From Octopus bimaculoides (taxonomy: Eukaryota): a DNA stretch of 63,959 bases. Position numbers and translations under genes: made by a program. Within the stretch, counting starts at the first letter, position 1; each line of letters opens with the position of its first letter. The stretch spans positions 59,703,919 to 59,767,877 of the forward strand of contig NC_068993.1 in NCBI RefSeq assembly GCF_001194135.2. The letters run 5' to 3'. This document shows positions 38,876 to 51,212 of this stretch, one piece after another. The notes beneath the pieces are model-generated. The model did not search any database. It was not told the DNA's origin and saw nothing but the letters and a program-made list of their open reading frames with translations.

Positions 38876-39214
38876 ACGTAGGAGTGGCTGTGTGGTAAGT
38901 AGCTTGCTTACCAAGCACATGGTTCCGGGTTCAGTCCCACTGCGTGGCACCTTGGGAAGGAAACTGAAAGAAGCCCGTCGTATATATATATATATATATC
39001 TATATGTGTGTGTGTGTGTTTGTGTCTGTGTTTGTCCCNNNNNNNNNNCGTCCCCGTAACTTAGCGGTTCAGCAAAAAGAGACCGATAGAATAAGTACTA
39101 GGCTTACAAAGAATAAATCCTGGGGTCGATTTTTTTCGACTAAAGGCGGTGTTCCAGCATGGCCGCAGTCAAATGACTGAAACAAGTAAAGAGTATAAAG
39201 AGTATAAGAGTATA
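38876..39214 (+). mobile_element. SINE-A, near full length (head, internal microsatellite, tail, AGAGTATA(A) tandem end)
   Basis: GGAGTGGCTGTGTGGTAAG (A box), GGGTTCAGTCCC (B box), internal (TA)n(TG)n, tail as at 63-272; deletion after CCTTGGG. Confidence 0.93.
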
Positions 39215-39399
39215 ATGATACAGATATGCATTAGACTATGAAACTCCTGATATCTTTTACTGTAATATAAAAAAAAAAACTAGGAACTTATGGTTTGTGA
39301 TCAGATATCGTTATTCATTGCTTGTCACGGTGCGCTTTGCATCGTATTTTTAACATCCGAATGATGCTATGCCACTGGCTACATGAGCAAGCCAGTATT

Positions 39400-39570
39400 A
39401 CCGTTGATTGGAAGGCTATTCTGTCACAAGGTTACCCCCCCTGACAACTGAGTGGACTGGGGCAACTTGGAATGAAGTGTTTTGCTCAAGAACATAATGC
39501 GCTGCCCAATCCGGAAATCGAACCCTTGATATAGCGATCGTGAGTGAAACACCAATAACCACTATACCGA
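39400..39570 (-). mobile_element. SINE-C, degenerate, tail type iv
   Basis: CTGAGTGGACTGGGGCAAC..AAGTGTTTTGCTCAAGAAC...CGGAAATCGAACCC..GCGATCGTGAGTG is the rc of head plus CORE. Confidence 0.75.
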
Positions 39571-39655
39571 AAGCTGGAAGGATGACATGATTAGAATGTC
39601 ATTACACACGAAAAATGTTCCTCTCAGCAAAGGTTTATTATCATTAAAGATGGCA

Positions 39656-39850
39656 AAGGCAGCGAGCTGGCAGAATCGTCAGCTCACTGAACGAAATGCT
39701 TTGTGGTATTTCGTCTGTCTTCAGGTTCTGAGTTCAAATACCACCGGGGTCGACTTTGCCTTTCATCCTTTTGATGTCGATAAATTACGTACCAGATACG
39801 CACTGGGGTTGATGTAATCGACTTAACCCCTTCTCCCAAATTTGAGGCCT
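39656..39850 (+). mobile_element. SINE-B, near full length
   Basis: AAGGCAGCGAGCTGGCAGAATCG...GTTCTGAGTTCAAATACC...GTCGACTTTGCCTTTCATCC...CACTGGGGTTGATGTAATCGACTTAA...CCCAAATTTGAGGCCT. Confidence 0.92.
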
Positions 39851-41391
39851 CCCTTCTCCACGTAACCCAGGAACGGGTGTTTTTTGCTTCCAGGGGGCCC
39901 GTTACTCAATATGTGGAAGGTTTTAAAAGTCTAAAACTATCTGTGGAACGTAAGTAGTGTAAGTAGTGTACATAGCTGAAAAATACGGCCGTTATAATCT
40001 TTTCCACACAGACACACACATACAGGCAGAACGGGATTTCTATTATATATATATATATATATATATATAGATATATATATACATATATGCCTATNNNNNN
40101 NNNNNNNNNNNNNNNNNNNNNNNNNNNNNNNNNNNNNNNNNNNNNNNNNNNNNNNNNNNNNNNNNNNNNNNNNNNNNNNNNNNNNNNNNNNNNNNNNNNN
40201 NNNNNNNNNNNNNNNNNNNNNNNNNNNNNNNNNNNNNNNNNNNNNNNNNNNNNNNNNNNNNNNNNNNNNNNNNNNNNNNNNNNNNNNNNNNNNNNNNNNN
40301 NNNNNNNNNNNNNNNNNNNNNNNNNNNNNNNNNNNNNNNNNNNNNNNNNNNNNNNNNNNNNNNNNNNNNNNNNNNNNNNNNNNNNNNNNNNNNNNNNNNN
40401 NNNNNNNNNNNNNNNNNNNNNNNNNNNNNNNNNNNNNNNNNNNNNNNNNNNNNNNNNNNTGTGTGTGTGTGTGCGCGCGTGTATACACATATATGCGTGA
40501 GTGTATATATAAAAACTTATATATATAGACCGTTTCTCTTTTTCTTATACTACATACCATTATAGTCAAATTTACCATTCTTTTTCTTCATCATATTACA
40601 TGTCTGTGAGTATCACTCCTTCATCTGACATCCTAATGGAAAATATAAGAAATAATTACCATCATCATCATTAGCAGCATAATCATCATTATAATCTCCA
40701 ATCATTATCATCATTATCGTCATCTTGGTGTCCAGTATATGCTTCAACGTGACAGATGACAGTCCATGATGAGAGGACAGTGGAGTGTCTATTGCAACTC
40801 AGAGGCACCGGAAGGACAATGCCTGCGGTGGAAGCGGTTTCTGTTTACTTTTCACACGACTAAAACTGTGCGTTTGTTGAAAGTGGGAGACCATTTATTT
40901 CAAATTAGCCCCTAAAAGGCTGTGCACTGCATACGCACACACACATGCACACATACAAGGACACACAATGACACAAACATACACACACACACACACACGC
41001 ACACAAAGATACTCATATATACATGTACGCATGTATGCACATATAGGTATGTGTGTATACATATATATGTGTGTATGTATAAATATATACATACATACAT
41101 ACATATATATATATATTTNNNNNNNNNNNNNNNNNNNNNNNNNNNNNNNNNNNNNNNNNNNNNNNNNNNNNNNNNNNNNNNNNNNNNNNNNNNNNNNNNN
41201 NNNNNNNNNNNNNNNNNNNNNNNNNNNNNNNNNNNNNNNNNNNNNNNNNNNNNNNNNNNNNNNNNNNNNNNNNNNNNNNNNNNNNNNNNNNNNNNNNNNN
41301 NNNNNNNNNNNNNNNNNNNNNNNNNNNNNNNNNNNNNNNNNNNNNNNNNNNNNNNNNNNNNNNNNNNNNNNNNNNNNNNNNNNNNNNNNNN

Positions 41392-41430
<39 letters not shown>

Positions 41431-41631
41431 GCATGTGTGTGTGTGTATGTGCATGTGTACATGCATAAACACTCTCATTCACACGGATAATAGCTATATG
41501 TGGACAGCACGCGTTACACGCATTTTCGTATTTTTCAGAAGTAATCGAATCAACGGCGAACGGCGCGTTCGGAATGTCGTTACGTCGTTTATTATTGCAC
41601 TTCACTGCTGCAGCTGTTTTCTTGTACTCAC

Positions 41632-41645
41632 GCCACCAGGGGGCG
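41632..41645 (+). promoter_or_regulatory. Canonical CTCF core motif GCCACCAGGGGGCG in a CpG-rich unique island
   Basis: Matches CCASYAGRKGGCR; a full CRE TGACGTCA lies about 90 bp downstream (41734-41741). Motif evidence only. Confidence 0.45.
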
Positions 41646-42586
41646 ATCGATGTATGTGCGACGATATGAATTTTAAAAAATTAATCAAAGAAGATACCTT
41701 CACAAGTCCCAAGCGGTTGGCGTGTTCGATTTGTGACGTCACCATCTGTTTATTGGTAGCATTGAGACCATGCTACATGCATCATTCATGTTCTGCTAAC
41801 TGATAACCCCATCAGAGAACCGATCACACATCCTGCGTTCATTTCTTGCCTTGCTTTTGACGACACACTATTCCTTACTCCTACAGCTTCACATTCTCTC
41901 TCTACATCATTCATTTAATGTTCTCTTACTAATGTCTTTTACGAGTCTCTTGCCTAAAACGCTACTAATTTCCATTAATTTCCATTATATATTTGAATTT
42001 ATGTATGTGTGAATATATGTATGTGTTTATATATATATATATATATAATATATATTTATATCTACACATTTAACGACATATATATATAAACACACACATT
42101 CTTTTTACAGAGTTTAGTATTATTCCATACTACAGATACATTTCACTATCATTTATCCTTTCTTTTTATGTTATTATATAACAATCATCTATATCTAAAC
42201 ATACATACAGTATTACAAGTTGGTATAAATACGTATATGTAATATAACACACACACACACACACACATATGTATATACACATGCAAATGTGTGTGTGTGT
42301 GCATATATATATACGTGTGTGTGTGTGTGTGTGTTCAGTTATAATTAAAACAATTTTATTAATCTAATGGGTTACTCTAGACTTTTGTAGACTACAAATT
42401 TGTTACCCTTGAACAAGAATATTATTGACAGTGACTTCGAAGCCATCGTCGGGCTGTGATGCATTAGAGTTAACCTTCACTTTATAAAGTTTCTTTGCGA
42501 TTGAAATCTTCCTTGGGTGTGTGGGTTGGAATGAGGTGGTGATTAGGTTTTAGGGAGGGTTCTTTTGGAGAAAGCTTTTGGATCAA

Positions 42587-42631
<45 letters not shown>

Positions 42632-43061
42632 TGTTGAAGAAGATGAAGTGTTTAGCTCACTTGTGATCTAAACGAATAGGTATGCTGGGTAAATGCCATA
42701 GTAGGTCCACCGTTCGGTTCCAAGATCACAGCTAAGACTGGATCTATGGATAAGTGCTAGGGTTCCGATATAGCAGGTATATATTATATTATAGGAAAAA
42801 TAAAGACCAAAGCAGAATTTGAGATACTTGTATGTATGTATCCATTTCCGCATTCTAAAATATGTTTGCAGGAATGTTATGAGAATACTTAATATGTGTG
42901 TGTATATGGTGTGTGTATGTATGTGTGTGTGTGCGTGTGCGAGTGTGTGTTTGTGTGTGTGAGTGAGTGTGTGTATGTAATTCAACATATTTATGCGATG
43001 TTGCGTATGTATATGTATATATATACATATATACATATATTTATATATATATATTTATATA

Positions 43062-43264
43062 TGTTGTTGGCACTCCATCGCTTACGACGTCGAGGGTTCC
43101 AGTCAATCCGATCAACGGAACAGCCTGCTCGTGAAATTAACGTGCAAGTGGCTGAGCACTCCACAGACACGTGTACCCTTAACGTAGTTCTCGGGGATAT
43201 TCAGCGTGACACAGTGTGACAAGGCTGACCCTTTGAATTACAGGTACAACAGACACAGAAAGTA
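43062..43264 (-). mobile_element. SINE tail type iii (head presumably in adjacent gap)
   Basis: GTGAAATTAACGTGCAAGTGGCTGAGCACTCCACAGACACG...GACAAGGCTGACCCTTTGAATTACAGGTACAAC is shared with 49813-49925, where it is joined to a SINE-C-type head. Confidence 0.85.
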
Positions 43265-45002
43265 NNNNNNNNNNNNNNNNNNNNNNNNNNNNNNNNNNNN
43301 NNNNNNNNNNNNNNNNNNNNNNNNNNNNNNNNNNNNNNNNNNNNNNNNNNNNNNNNNNNNNNNNNNNNNNNNNNNNNNNNNNNNNNNNNNNNNNNNNNNN
43401 NNNNNNNNNNNNNNNNNNNNNNNNNNNNNNNNNNNNNNNNNNNNNNNNNNNNNNNNNNNNNNNNNNNNNNNNNNNNNNNNNNNNNNNNNNNNNNNNNNNN
43501 NNNNNNNNNNNNNNNNNNNNNNNNNNNNNNNNNNNNNNNNNNNNNNNNNNNNNNNNNNNNNNNNNNNNNNNNNNNNNNNNNNNNNNNNNNNNNNNNNNNN
43601 NNNNNNNNNNNNNNNNNNNNNNNNNNNNNNNNNNNNNNNNNNNNNNNNNNNNNNNNNNNNNNNNNNNNNNNNNNNNNNNNNNNNNNNNNNNNNNNNNNNN
43701 NNNNNNNNNNNNNNNNNNNNNNNNNNNNNNNNNNNNNNNNNNNNNNNNNNNNNNNNNNNNNNNNNNNNNNNNNNNNNNNNNNNNNNNNNNNNNNNNNNNN
43801 NNNNNNNNNNNNNNNNNNNNNNNNNNNNNNNNNNNNNNNNNNNNNNNNNNNNNNNNNNNNNNNNNNNNNNNNNNNNNNNNNNNNNNNNNNNNNNNNNNNN
43901 NNNNNNNNNNNNNNNNNNNNNNNNNNNNNNNNNNTATGATGATGTCAGTGTTGAGACTAAGTTTCTTTGTGGATAGGAAGATTTGTGTTAACGACGACAA
44001 CAACGCTGCCAACCGCTCTAATGACGGAACCTCCCTCTCCTTGGGTATCCGACATGCTAGAAATAACAGCCAAGTTGGTCTACAAATTACGCCCTGACAA
44101 ATTTTAATGTTTAAAAAATGTACAGGAAGATCGCACTGGCTTCACCGGTATCCTAAATATACTGATGTAATATTCATGGAGTCCAGTATTTAATCTGTAT
44201 TTTATTTTGTCGGCGTCCAGAAAGGTGACCCCCCACCACCACAGACGGAATTGAAAGACTCGTCTGTTCTTTTATTGCAAGAATCGGAGTATCATCACAG
44301 ACTGTTAACTGAGATGTTTATATGGTGAGTACCATAAGGCTGAATAGAAGGAGAAATTGAAGTCTTCGAAGATCAATTGACGAAATTCTTCATGTTTTTG
44401 ATATTTTGGGAATGGAACAACTGTTATAAGCAAATTTTCATGGCATGCTTTTTACCTCCAGGGTGTGTGTCACTATATCGTTGATGGTGAGTTTTCTGTA
44501 CTTACAAACTTTTAGAGGATTTAGATTACGATACAGTGTAATCGAAACTACAAACAGCCGTTAAGTAGTAGCACTCTACTATTTTGTTAAAATCGGAAAT
44601 CTATACAGTTCCTGTCATCACCATGTTACTGGAATTGCTGGGTCATCTTTTTGAAGGTTACTTTGGAATTATCATAAATTTAGCTAAGCTGAATTATAGG
44701 TCCATGAAAAACACAGGAAGGTTTCGTGTTGCTGGGAAATTACTTTGCGTCCTGAGCAGGAGTGCTATGACGATGCACATGAAGTCCTCTTAGTGACATC
44801 ACACTATTACAGAATATATTTATTTTTTCCGATAGTGATTTCTGGATGGTTGTTCATATTCTGTGTTACTGTTTGAACGACAATTCAGACTGCTTAATAA
44901 TAGACTTATCTCATATATCTTTATTTTTCATTTATTCCTCAATTTCTTGTTCTCCTGCATCAATGTTTCTATGTTAATCCACTATTCCCTTATCCCAGTG
45001 AA

Positions 45003-45039
<37 letters not shown>

Positions 45040-45398
45040 AAAAATATTGTTGACTGCAGGACTAAGAAAAAGAGAGAGTTTGACGTCACAAAACATTCCT
45101 TCGCCGTCGCCGAAATAATTGCATTATTTCTGTTTCTTTCTTCATAGAGGTTTCAAAGAAATTCGGTCGCTATTTCTAAAAATAAATTGTTACAAGAAAA
45201 TCCCCTATGAGGTAGTGATTAAATATATATATGGTTTTTGTGGCTACTCGTTTTGCAGTTTCTAAAGAGAAGGCGGTCACACAGATAAGCAACCCAATAT
45301 ATTTGTGTATGTTTCGAAGTTAACTTATGTGTAATTTGCCTCTACATATTCATGTATGTGAGAATGTATGTATGTATTTGTGTGTGTGTACGTGTGTT

Positions 45399-45441
<43 letters not shown>

Positions 45442-46172
45442 ATTAATGTATATGTTTACATATATAGAATGTAATTACGTGTGCAATCGAGTCAGACGAT
45501 GTATAAGCATGAATGTCTGTTGCAGGTTTATACAAACTTCATATGAAAAAAAAGACAGACATACGCGCACACACATACACACAGACACACACACACAAAG
45601 ACACAAACACACACACACACATACACACACAATGACAAATGCGTGAAAGTAGACAAGAAAGTTAAAAAGCTAAATGTTGCTTTAGTTGTGAATAATTGCG
45701 ATGATAGCTGATAGCGTTTCGAATCCATGCTGTTATTTAGCATTGGGACTGGACTCTAACTATTACGAGAGCAGATTAGCTGCTAAGACAATGTATGCCG
45801 ACCACTCTTGGGAAATATCAGCGTCTTTTGGTAATTGTTGTGCCAACATCTTACAGCGTTCGTCTTGTCAGTCAGCCAGCAGCCTCTGGCGCGGCCAGCG
45901 TCATACAACTGGGTATTCATATGTGTGTGTCTGTGTGTCTGTGTGTGTACATAAACGGATCCCTAAACACACATTCTCAACGATTTGCATGTGCGTGCAT
46001 GTTGTTTATACGTGTGTAAGTGTATATGCTGGAATGTGCATAATCTTATTCAGATATGCACGTTTAATATGTAAGTATATACCCAACGTTGAATACAGTT
46101 TAAGGAACTCAAAATTACCAACTCACAAATCTGTTTATATATGTATATNNNNNNNNNNTATGCATAAATGTG

Positions 46173-46223
<51 letters not shown>

Positions 46224-46484
46224 GTGTGTATGTGTGTGCATGTGTGTTTGCGTGCGTGTATGTATGTATACTTCTTTCTGCTGAATAGGTGTAATGTATC
46301 GATGCATTCATGCTTAAGTACATATATTTGTGTATGTGCGAGTGTGTGTGCGTGTATGTGTGTATATTTATATATCCGCATGTGGTACTTATATAATGTG
46401 TGTGTGTGTGTGTGCATGATGTTATATACATTTATAAGACAAATACAATTAAACATATTTTGACAGTTATTTTTCTGGACACTA

Positions 46485-46615
46485 GATTTTTGTCTTTCAT
46501 CCTTTCCTTTCGGTGTCGATAAATTAAGTACCAGTTGTGTACTGGGGTCGATATAATCGACTAACCCCACTCCCCCAAAATTTCGAGCCTTGTGCCTAGC
46601 GTAGAAAAGATTATT
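46485..46615 (+). mobile_element. SINE-B, 5'-truncated
   Basis: CTTTCATCCTTTCC..TGTCGATAAATTAAGTACCAGTTGTGTACTGGGGTCGATATAATCGAC..GAGCCTTGTGCCTAGCGTAGAAAAGATTATT. Confidence 0.88.
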
Positions 46616-46761
46616 ACACACACATATATAACAAATATTGTCATCTTCTTAAACACAGATATACATCCAAACAATTCTATACTCTCAAACCCCCCAACAC
46701 ATTGTTACATGATTCTATTGTCTCACATCACACTCGTTTATAATTCTACCCCACTGAAACA

Positions 46762-46803
<42 letters not shown>

Positions 46804-47190
46804 CACACCACAGACACACACACACAAGTTCACACCTTCCTACTTAAACTACGAGATCCAAACTCTCAGCCTTGACTTTCACTTTGACTAAATCTTTTGA
46901 CGTCACGTTCACGCATCCATTTCCAATGTTTACTTCACCAAAGCACATACACACGGGTACACATTGACAGACAGACAGACAGACAGACAGAAATTCACAC
47001 ACGCACACAAATACGTCACACTAACACGTAAGTGCTTTCACGCCCTACACAAACCCCTTTCTTTCTTATCAAACATTTATCTCCCTTTCTTTTATACTTA
47101 CATTCCTGTTTCTTCCTGCAAACACCCGACACACTAATCTCTATTAGATTTCCATAGACTCACTTCCTACGAGTCACACCGAAATCTAAC

Positions 47191-47273
<83 letters not shown>

Positions 47274-47557
47274 CCACACTCTAACAATCTATTTTATATT
47301 ACATTATATAAACACAGCTTCTTCGTTCCTTCGAGTTATAACTGCGCTTCGTATAAGTATCCATATTCACACATTCTTGTCATACCCCTACATGTCTACG
47401 CTCACTGCTGAACAACTATTGAATTATCCCAGATGCCGGTATCTCAGCTCCATAAACTCCCGGCTACAGGTTGACGTTCGAATAAATTCCGACGAAGTCT
47501 CACTATCTTAATCACATAATTACACACTCTTACCACAACTGTCTTTGTAGGTTTCTC

Positions 47558-47595
<38 letters not shown>

Positions 47596-47637
47596 GTACA
47601 CATTCTCTTTCTCTAGCTGTTGCAGTGACATTCAAAG

Positions 47638-47810
47638 GCAGTGAACTGGTAGACTCGGTAGAGCAGTGAACTGGTAGACTCGGTAGAGCATCGAACAGAA
47701 AACCTTGCCGTATTTATTTCACTTTTAACTCGAAACAAAGAGCTACACTAAGGTTAGCTTTCCATTTCATACTTTACAGATCGATAAAATATGATATCCA
47801 TCACATATTT
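47638..47810 (+). mobile_element. Degenerate SINE-B with tandemly duplicated 25-bp 5' (A-box) segment
   Basis: GCAGTGAACTGGTAGACTCGGTAGA x2 (47638-47687), followed by decayed body ending GATCGATAAAAT. Confidence 0.55.
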
Positions 47811-48258
47811 GAATGGGTGTGATTAATTACATTTTTGATTCAAATTGAGGTTATATACCTATATTAGAAAGTAACAGACGTGTGTACGACATACGACTTA
47901 TGTATATATATGAATGTAGATATGTACGTATGTGTATATGCACGTTTGTATGCATGCATATATGAATGTATATTTGTATATATGCATGTATATTTTTCCT
48001 TGAGATTTGTTCAAGATTTGAACTCGGCAGAATTTAAGTCGATTAAGGAAATGACGAGCTTTAATTCAAGACAGTTCTTGAAGTCTGTTGAGATATGAAT
48101 TATTTAGTGTGTGCATATATATATATATACACACNNNNNNNNNNNNNNNNNNNNNNNNNNNNNNNNNNNNNNNNNNNNNNNNNNNNNNNNNNNNNNNNNN
48201 NNNNNNNNNNNNNNNNNNNNNNNNNNNNNNNNNNNNNNNNNNNNNNNNNNNNNNNNNN

Positions 48259-48299
<41 letters not shown>

Positions 48300-48781
48300 T
48301 TAGGGGGCATATGTAGATGGACATGTATGCATGTGTATGTCTGTATGTCTCTATGTGTCTGTGTATTCTATACGTACATATTCATGTGTGCATATGTTCA
48401 GACCGGAGACCTCAAATGTAGAAGCCCTGTAATGTTCTATAAATATTTCTAGAAGTTTAAATTATATAAAATATGATAATTGTCTATTTTAGTTGAGGGA
48501 TTGAGATCTCGCTGTGGCAGTTGTTCAATGCTTATTTTAACATACAATGCTTATTTTAGATATACACACGTAAGCGCGTGAGTGTATACTTATACAGTTG
48601 TACAAGATGTGTGTTTTGAAATGTTTCGATCTCCTCATGAAATTTTAGCAGTTCATTGTTAATTACTGCAGTCTTTTAGATAGTTTTTAAGAGATTATCT
48701 GATTGCCAGGGATTACCGTCTGTACGTTCCAATATCCCAACATCAGAGCCGGTTTCTCTTGTCTTCTTGTTGCAGTACTTA

Positions 48782-48897
48782 CAAAAGAGACCGATAGAAT
48801 AAGTACTAGGCTAACAAAGAATAAGTCCTGGGGTCGATTTGCTCGACTAAAGGCGGTGCTCCAGCATGGCCGCAGTCAAATGACTGAAACAAGTAAG
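48782..48897 (+). mobile_element. SINE-A, 5'-truncated tail, little diverged
   Basis: CAAAAGAGACCGATAGAATAAGTACTAGGCT.ACAAAGAATAAGTCCTGGGGTCGATTTGCTCGACTAAAGGCGGTGCTCCAGCATGGCCGCAGTCAAATGACTGAAACAAG. Confidence 0.92.
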
Positions 48898-49154
48898 GAA
48901 ATATATCTCTGTGTGCGCGTGTGTGTATACATATATATCTTGTATGTATACATTCCCCACCCCCTTTTTGTTACAGATATAAATCTACTAGAATACTCGA
49001 GGGACTGTCAATATAGATTGTTCGTAACACAGACAATCGCTACGGGAGAATAAAAGCTATTTAAGGAGTCGAATAAGCTCCAATGGTTGGGTAAAAAAAA
49101 ACAAGAAAACACATTAAAGACGAGATACGCCAAAATAATAATAGCAATAATAAT

Positions 49155-49196
<42 letters not shown>

Positions 49197-49373
49197 AATA
49201 ATAATAATAATAATAACAATAATAATAATAATAATAATAATAATGATGATAATGATATAAGAACAGCAATTATAATAACATTATGAAGATGAAGAAGAAG
49301 AAAAGCAACTAGTATACAAAAAACAGAAAAATTGTCCTTACAGACAATATATGGCTGCCGCAAAACCATTGCA

Positions 49374-49409
<36 letters not shown>

Positions 49410-49812
49410 CATACCTATATCTATGTATGTATGTATGCATATGCACTCGTATACATACCGCTAATCTTGGCAACACAGACACACACTAACATTTACTGAG
49501 TTTTGAAGCTGAACAAATCGAATTACAAGTGTCTCGATACGATTGTTGAATGGGAAAGAAGAAGCGTGTTAAATTGATCGCCCGCCCCCGTCTCACCCAG
49601 CTCCGCCAATNNNNNNNNNNGGGTGTGTGTCTGCACGACTATAAAGGACGGAAACCTGCTGTACGAAAAATGCTCCTCCTTCCCGCCATCACCACCGCCA
49701 CCCCTCCTACCACCACCATCACCCCCACTGCCATCACGCACCTGTCGTCTCCAGTCATCACGTCTACTGTCGCCATCGACCCCGTCATAATACCGCAACT
49801 TCTCCGTCATCA

Positions 49813-50047
49813 GTGAAATTAACGCGCGAGTGGCTGAGCACTCCACAGACACGCACGCTCTTAGAGAGATTAACCGTGTCACAGAATAGGACAAGGCTGG
49901 CCCCTTTTGAATTACAGGTACAACTGATATTTGCCAGTTGTGTGAACTAAAGTGTCAACCTGAAGGACACAACCCAGAGCGGATATCGAACCTTCGATCG
50001 TAAGGTCCTGATCGGAATACGCTAACCACTAAGCCGTGAACCTTCAC
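49813..50047 (-). mobile_element. SINE-C-type head with partly deleted CORE and tail type iii
   Basis: rc head GTGAAGGTTCACGGCTTAGTGGTTAGCG...AGGTTCGATATCC; tail matches 43130-43250. Confidence 0.75.
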
Positions 50048-50129
50048 AAGGAAATCAATAATTGAATCGATAAACAGGTCTTTTTTTTTCATACACTCCT
50101 TACGATTACCATTGGTGGTTGTAGATATC

Positions 50130-50354
50130 TATTTCGTTATTGCCCACAAGGGGCTAAAAATAGAGGGAACAAACAAGAACAGACGAACGGATTAAGTCGA
50201 TTACATCGACCCCAGTGCGTAACTGATACTTAATTTATCGACCCCGAAAGGCAAAGTCGACCTCGGCGGAATTTGAACTCAGAACGTAACGGCAGACGAA
50301 ATACCGCTAAGCATTTCGTCCGGCGCGCTAACGCCTCTGCCAGCTCGCCGCCTG
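50130..50354 (-). mobile_element. SINE-B, full length, alternative 3' tail, 9-bp target-site duplication
   Basis: rc head AGGCGGCGAGCTGGCAGAGGCGTTAGCG...GAGTTCAAATTCCGCCGAGGTCGAC; GTAGATATC flanks both sides (50121-50129 and 50355-50363). Confidence 0.93.
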
Positions 50355-51005
50355 GTAGATATCAGGGAGGGGAACAATTTCGATTATACTGTTAACAGCT
50401 TTTTGATGGAGTCTTTACGCTGCAGTGCTTTTATCGTCGTTATTGTCAAATAGTTAAGACGTAGTAATATATATAATAACACTTGTATCATTAGGTGCCA
50501 GAGGAATCGATATGATGGTCAGATCAAACGCAAAAGCAATCTGGCACAGCAGAACGTTTTAATTCAGGTGACGAATTACTTAGTGAAGTAAACGTACATG
50601 CATGTGCTCATAGACACACATATACACACGCGGTGGCAGACATATATGTATATATATATAGGCAGACAGACGGTAGTATGAATATGGATTCACACATGCA
50701 AACATGCATATATAATGCATATAGAAATATATATGGTGCATTCTCTATTGATCTGTATGATTAGCAGTCAATTCTTCACTGAAATGAATTCCTACCCAAG
50801 AATTTAGCGTGTAAATGGGACTGAGAGTTTCAGAGACTTTTAATGCTGTTCCTAAACCGAATCTGCTTGATAAAATATGACAGAGCTATGATTAGACCTT
50901 TGGATTACTGTGGTTACAATCGAGATAGAGAGAGAGAGAATGAGAGAGAGAGAGAGAGAGAATGAGAGAGAGAGAGAGAGAGAATGAGAGAGAGAGAGAG
51001 AGTGT

Positions 51006-51054
<49 letters not shown>

Positions 51055-51060
51055 AATTTA

Positions 51061-51212
51061 CATTATTTACATTATTTACATTATTTACATTTGACGGATA
51101 TTTGTCCTCATCTTGTTGTTAACACATCGTTTCGGCTGATATACTTCCAGCCTTCATCAGGTGTCTTGGGGAAATTTCGGACCTGGGTTCTCATTCCTAA
51201 GGTATTTTTCGA

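Noticed and set aside
41680-41750. 48-bp minus-strand exon-like segment (MVTSQIEHANRLGLVK)
   Set aside because: Weak polypyrimidine tract and weak donor GTATCT; no homology.
42245-42335. Quasi-palindromic (CA)n...(TG)n arrangement
   Set aside because: Complementary microsatellites are ubiquitous here, so such pairing is expected.
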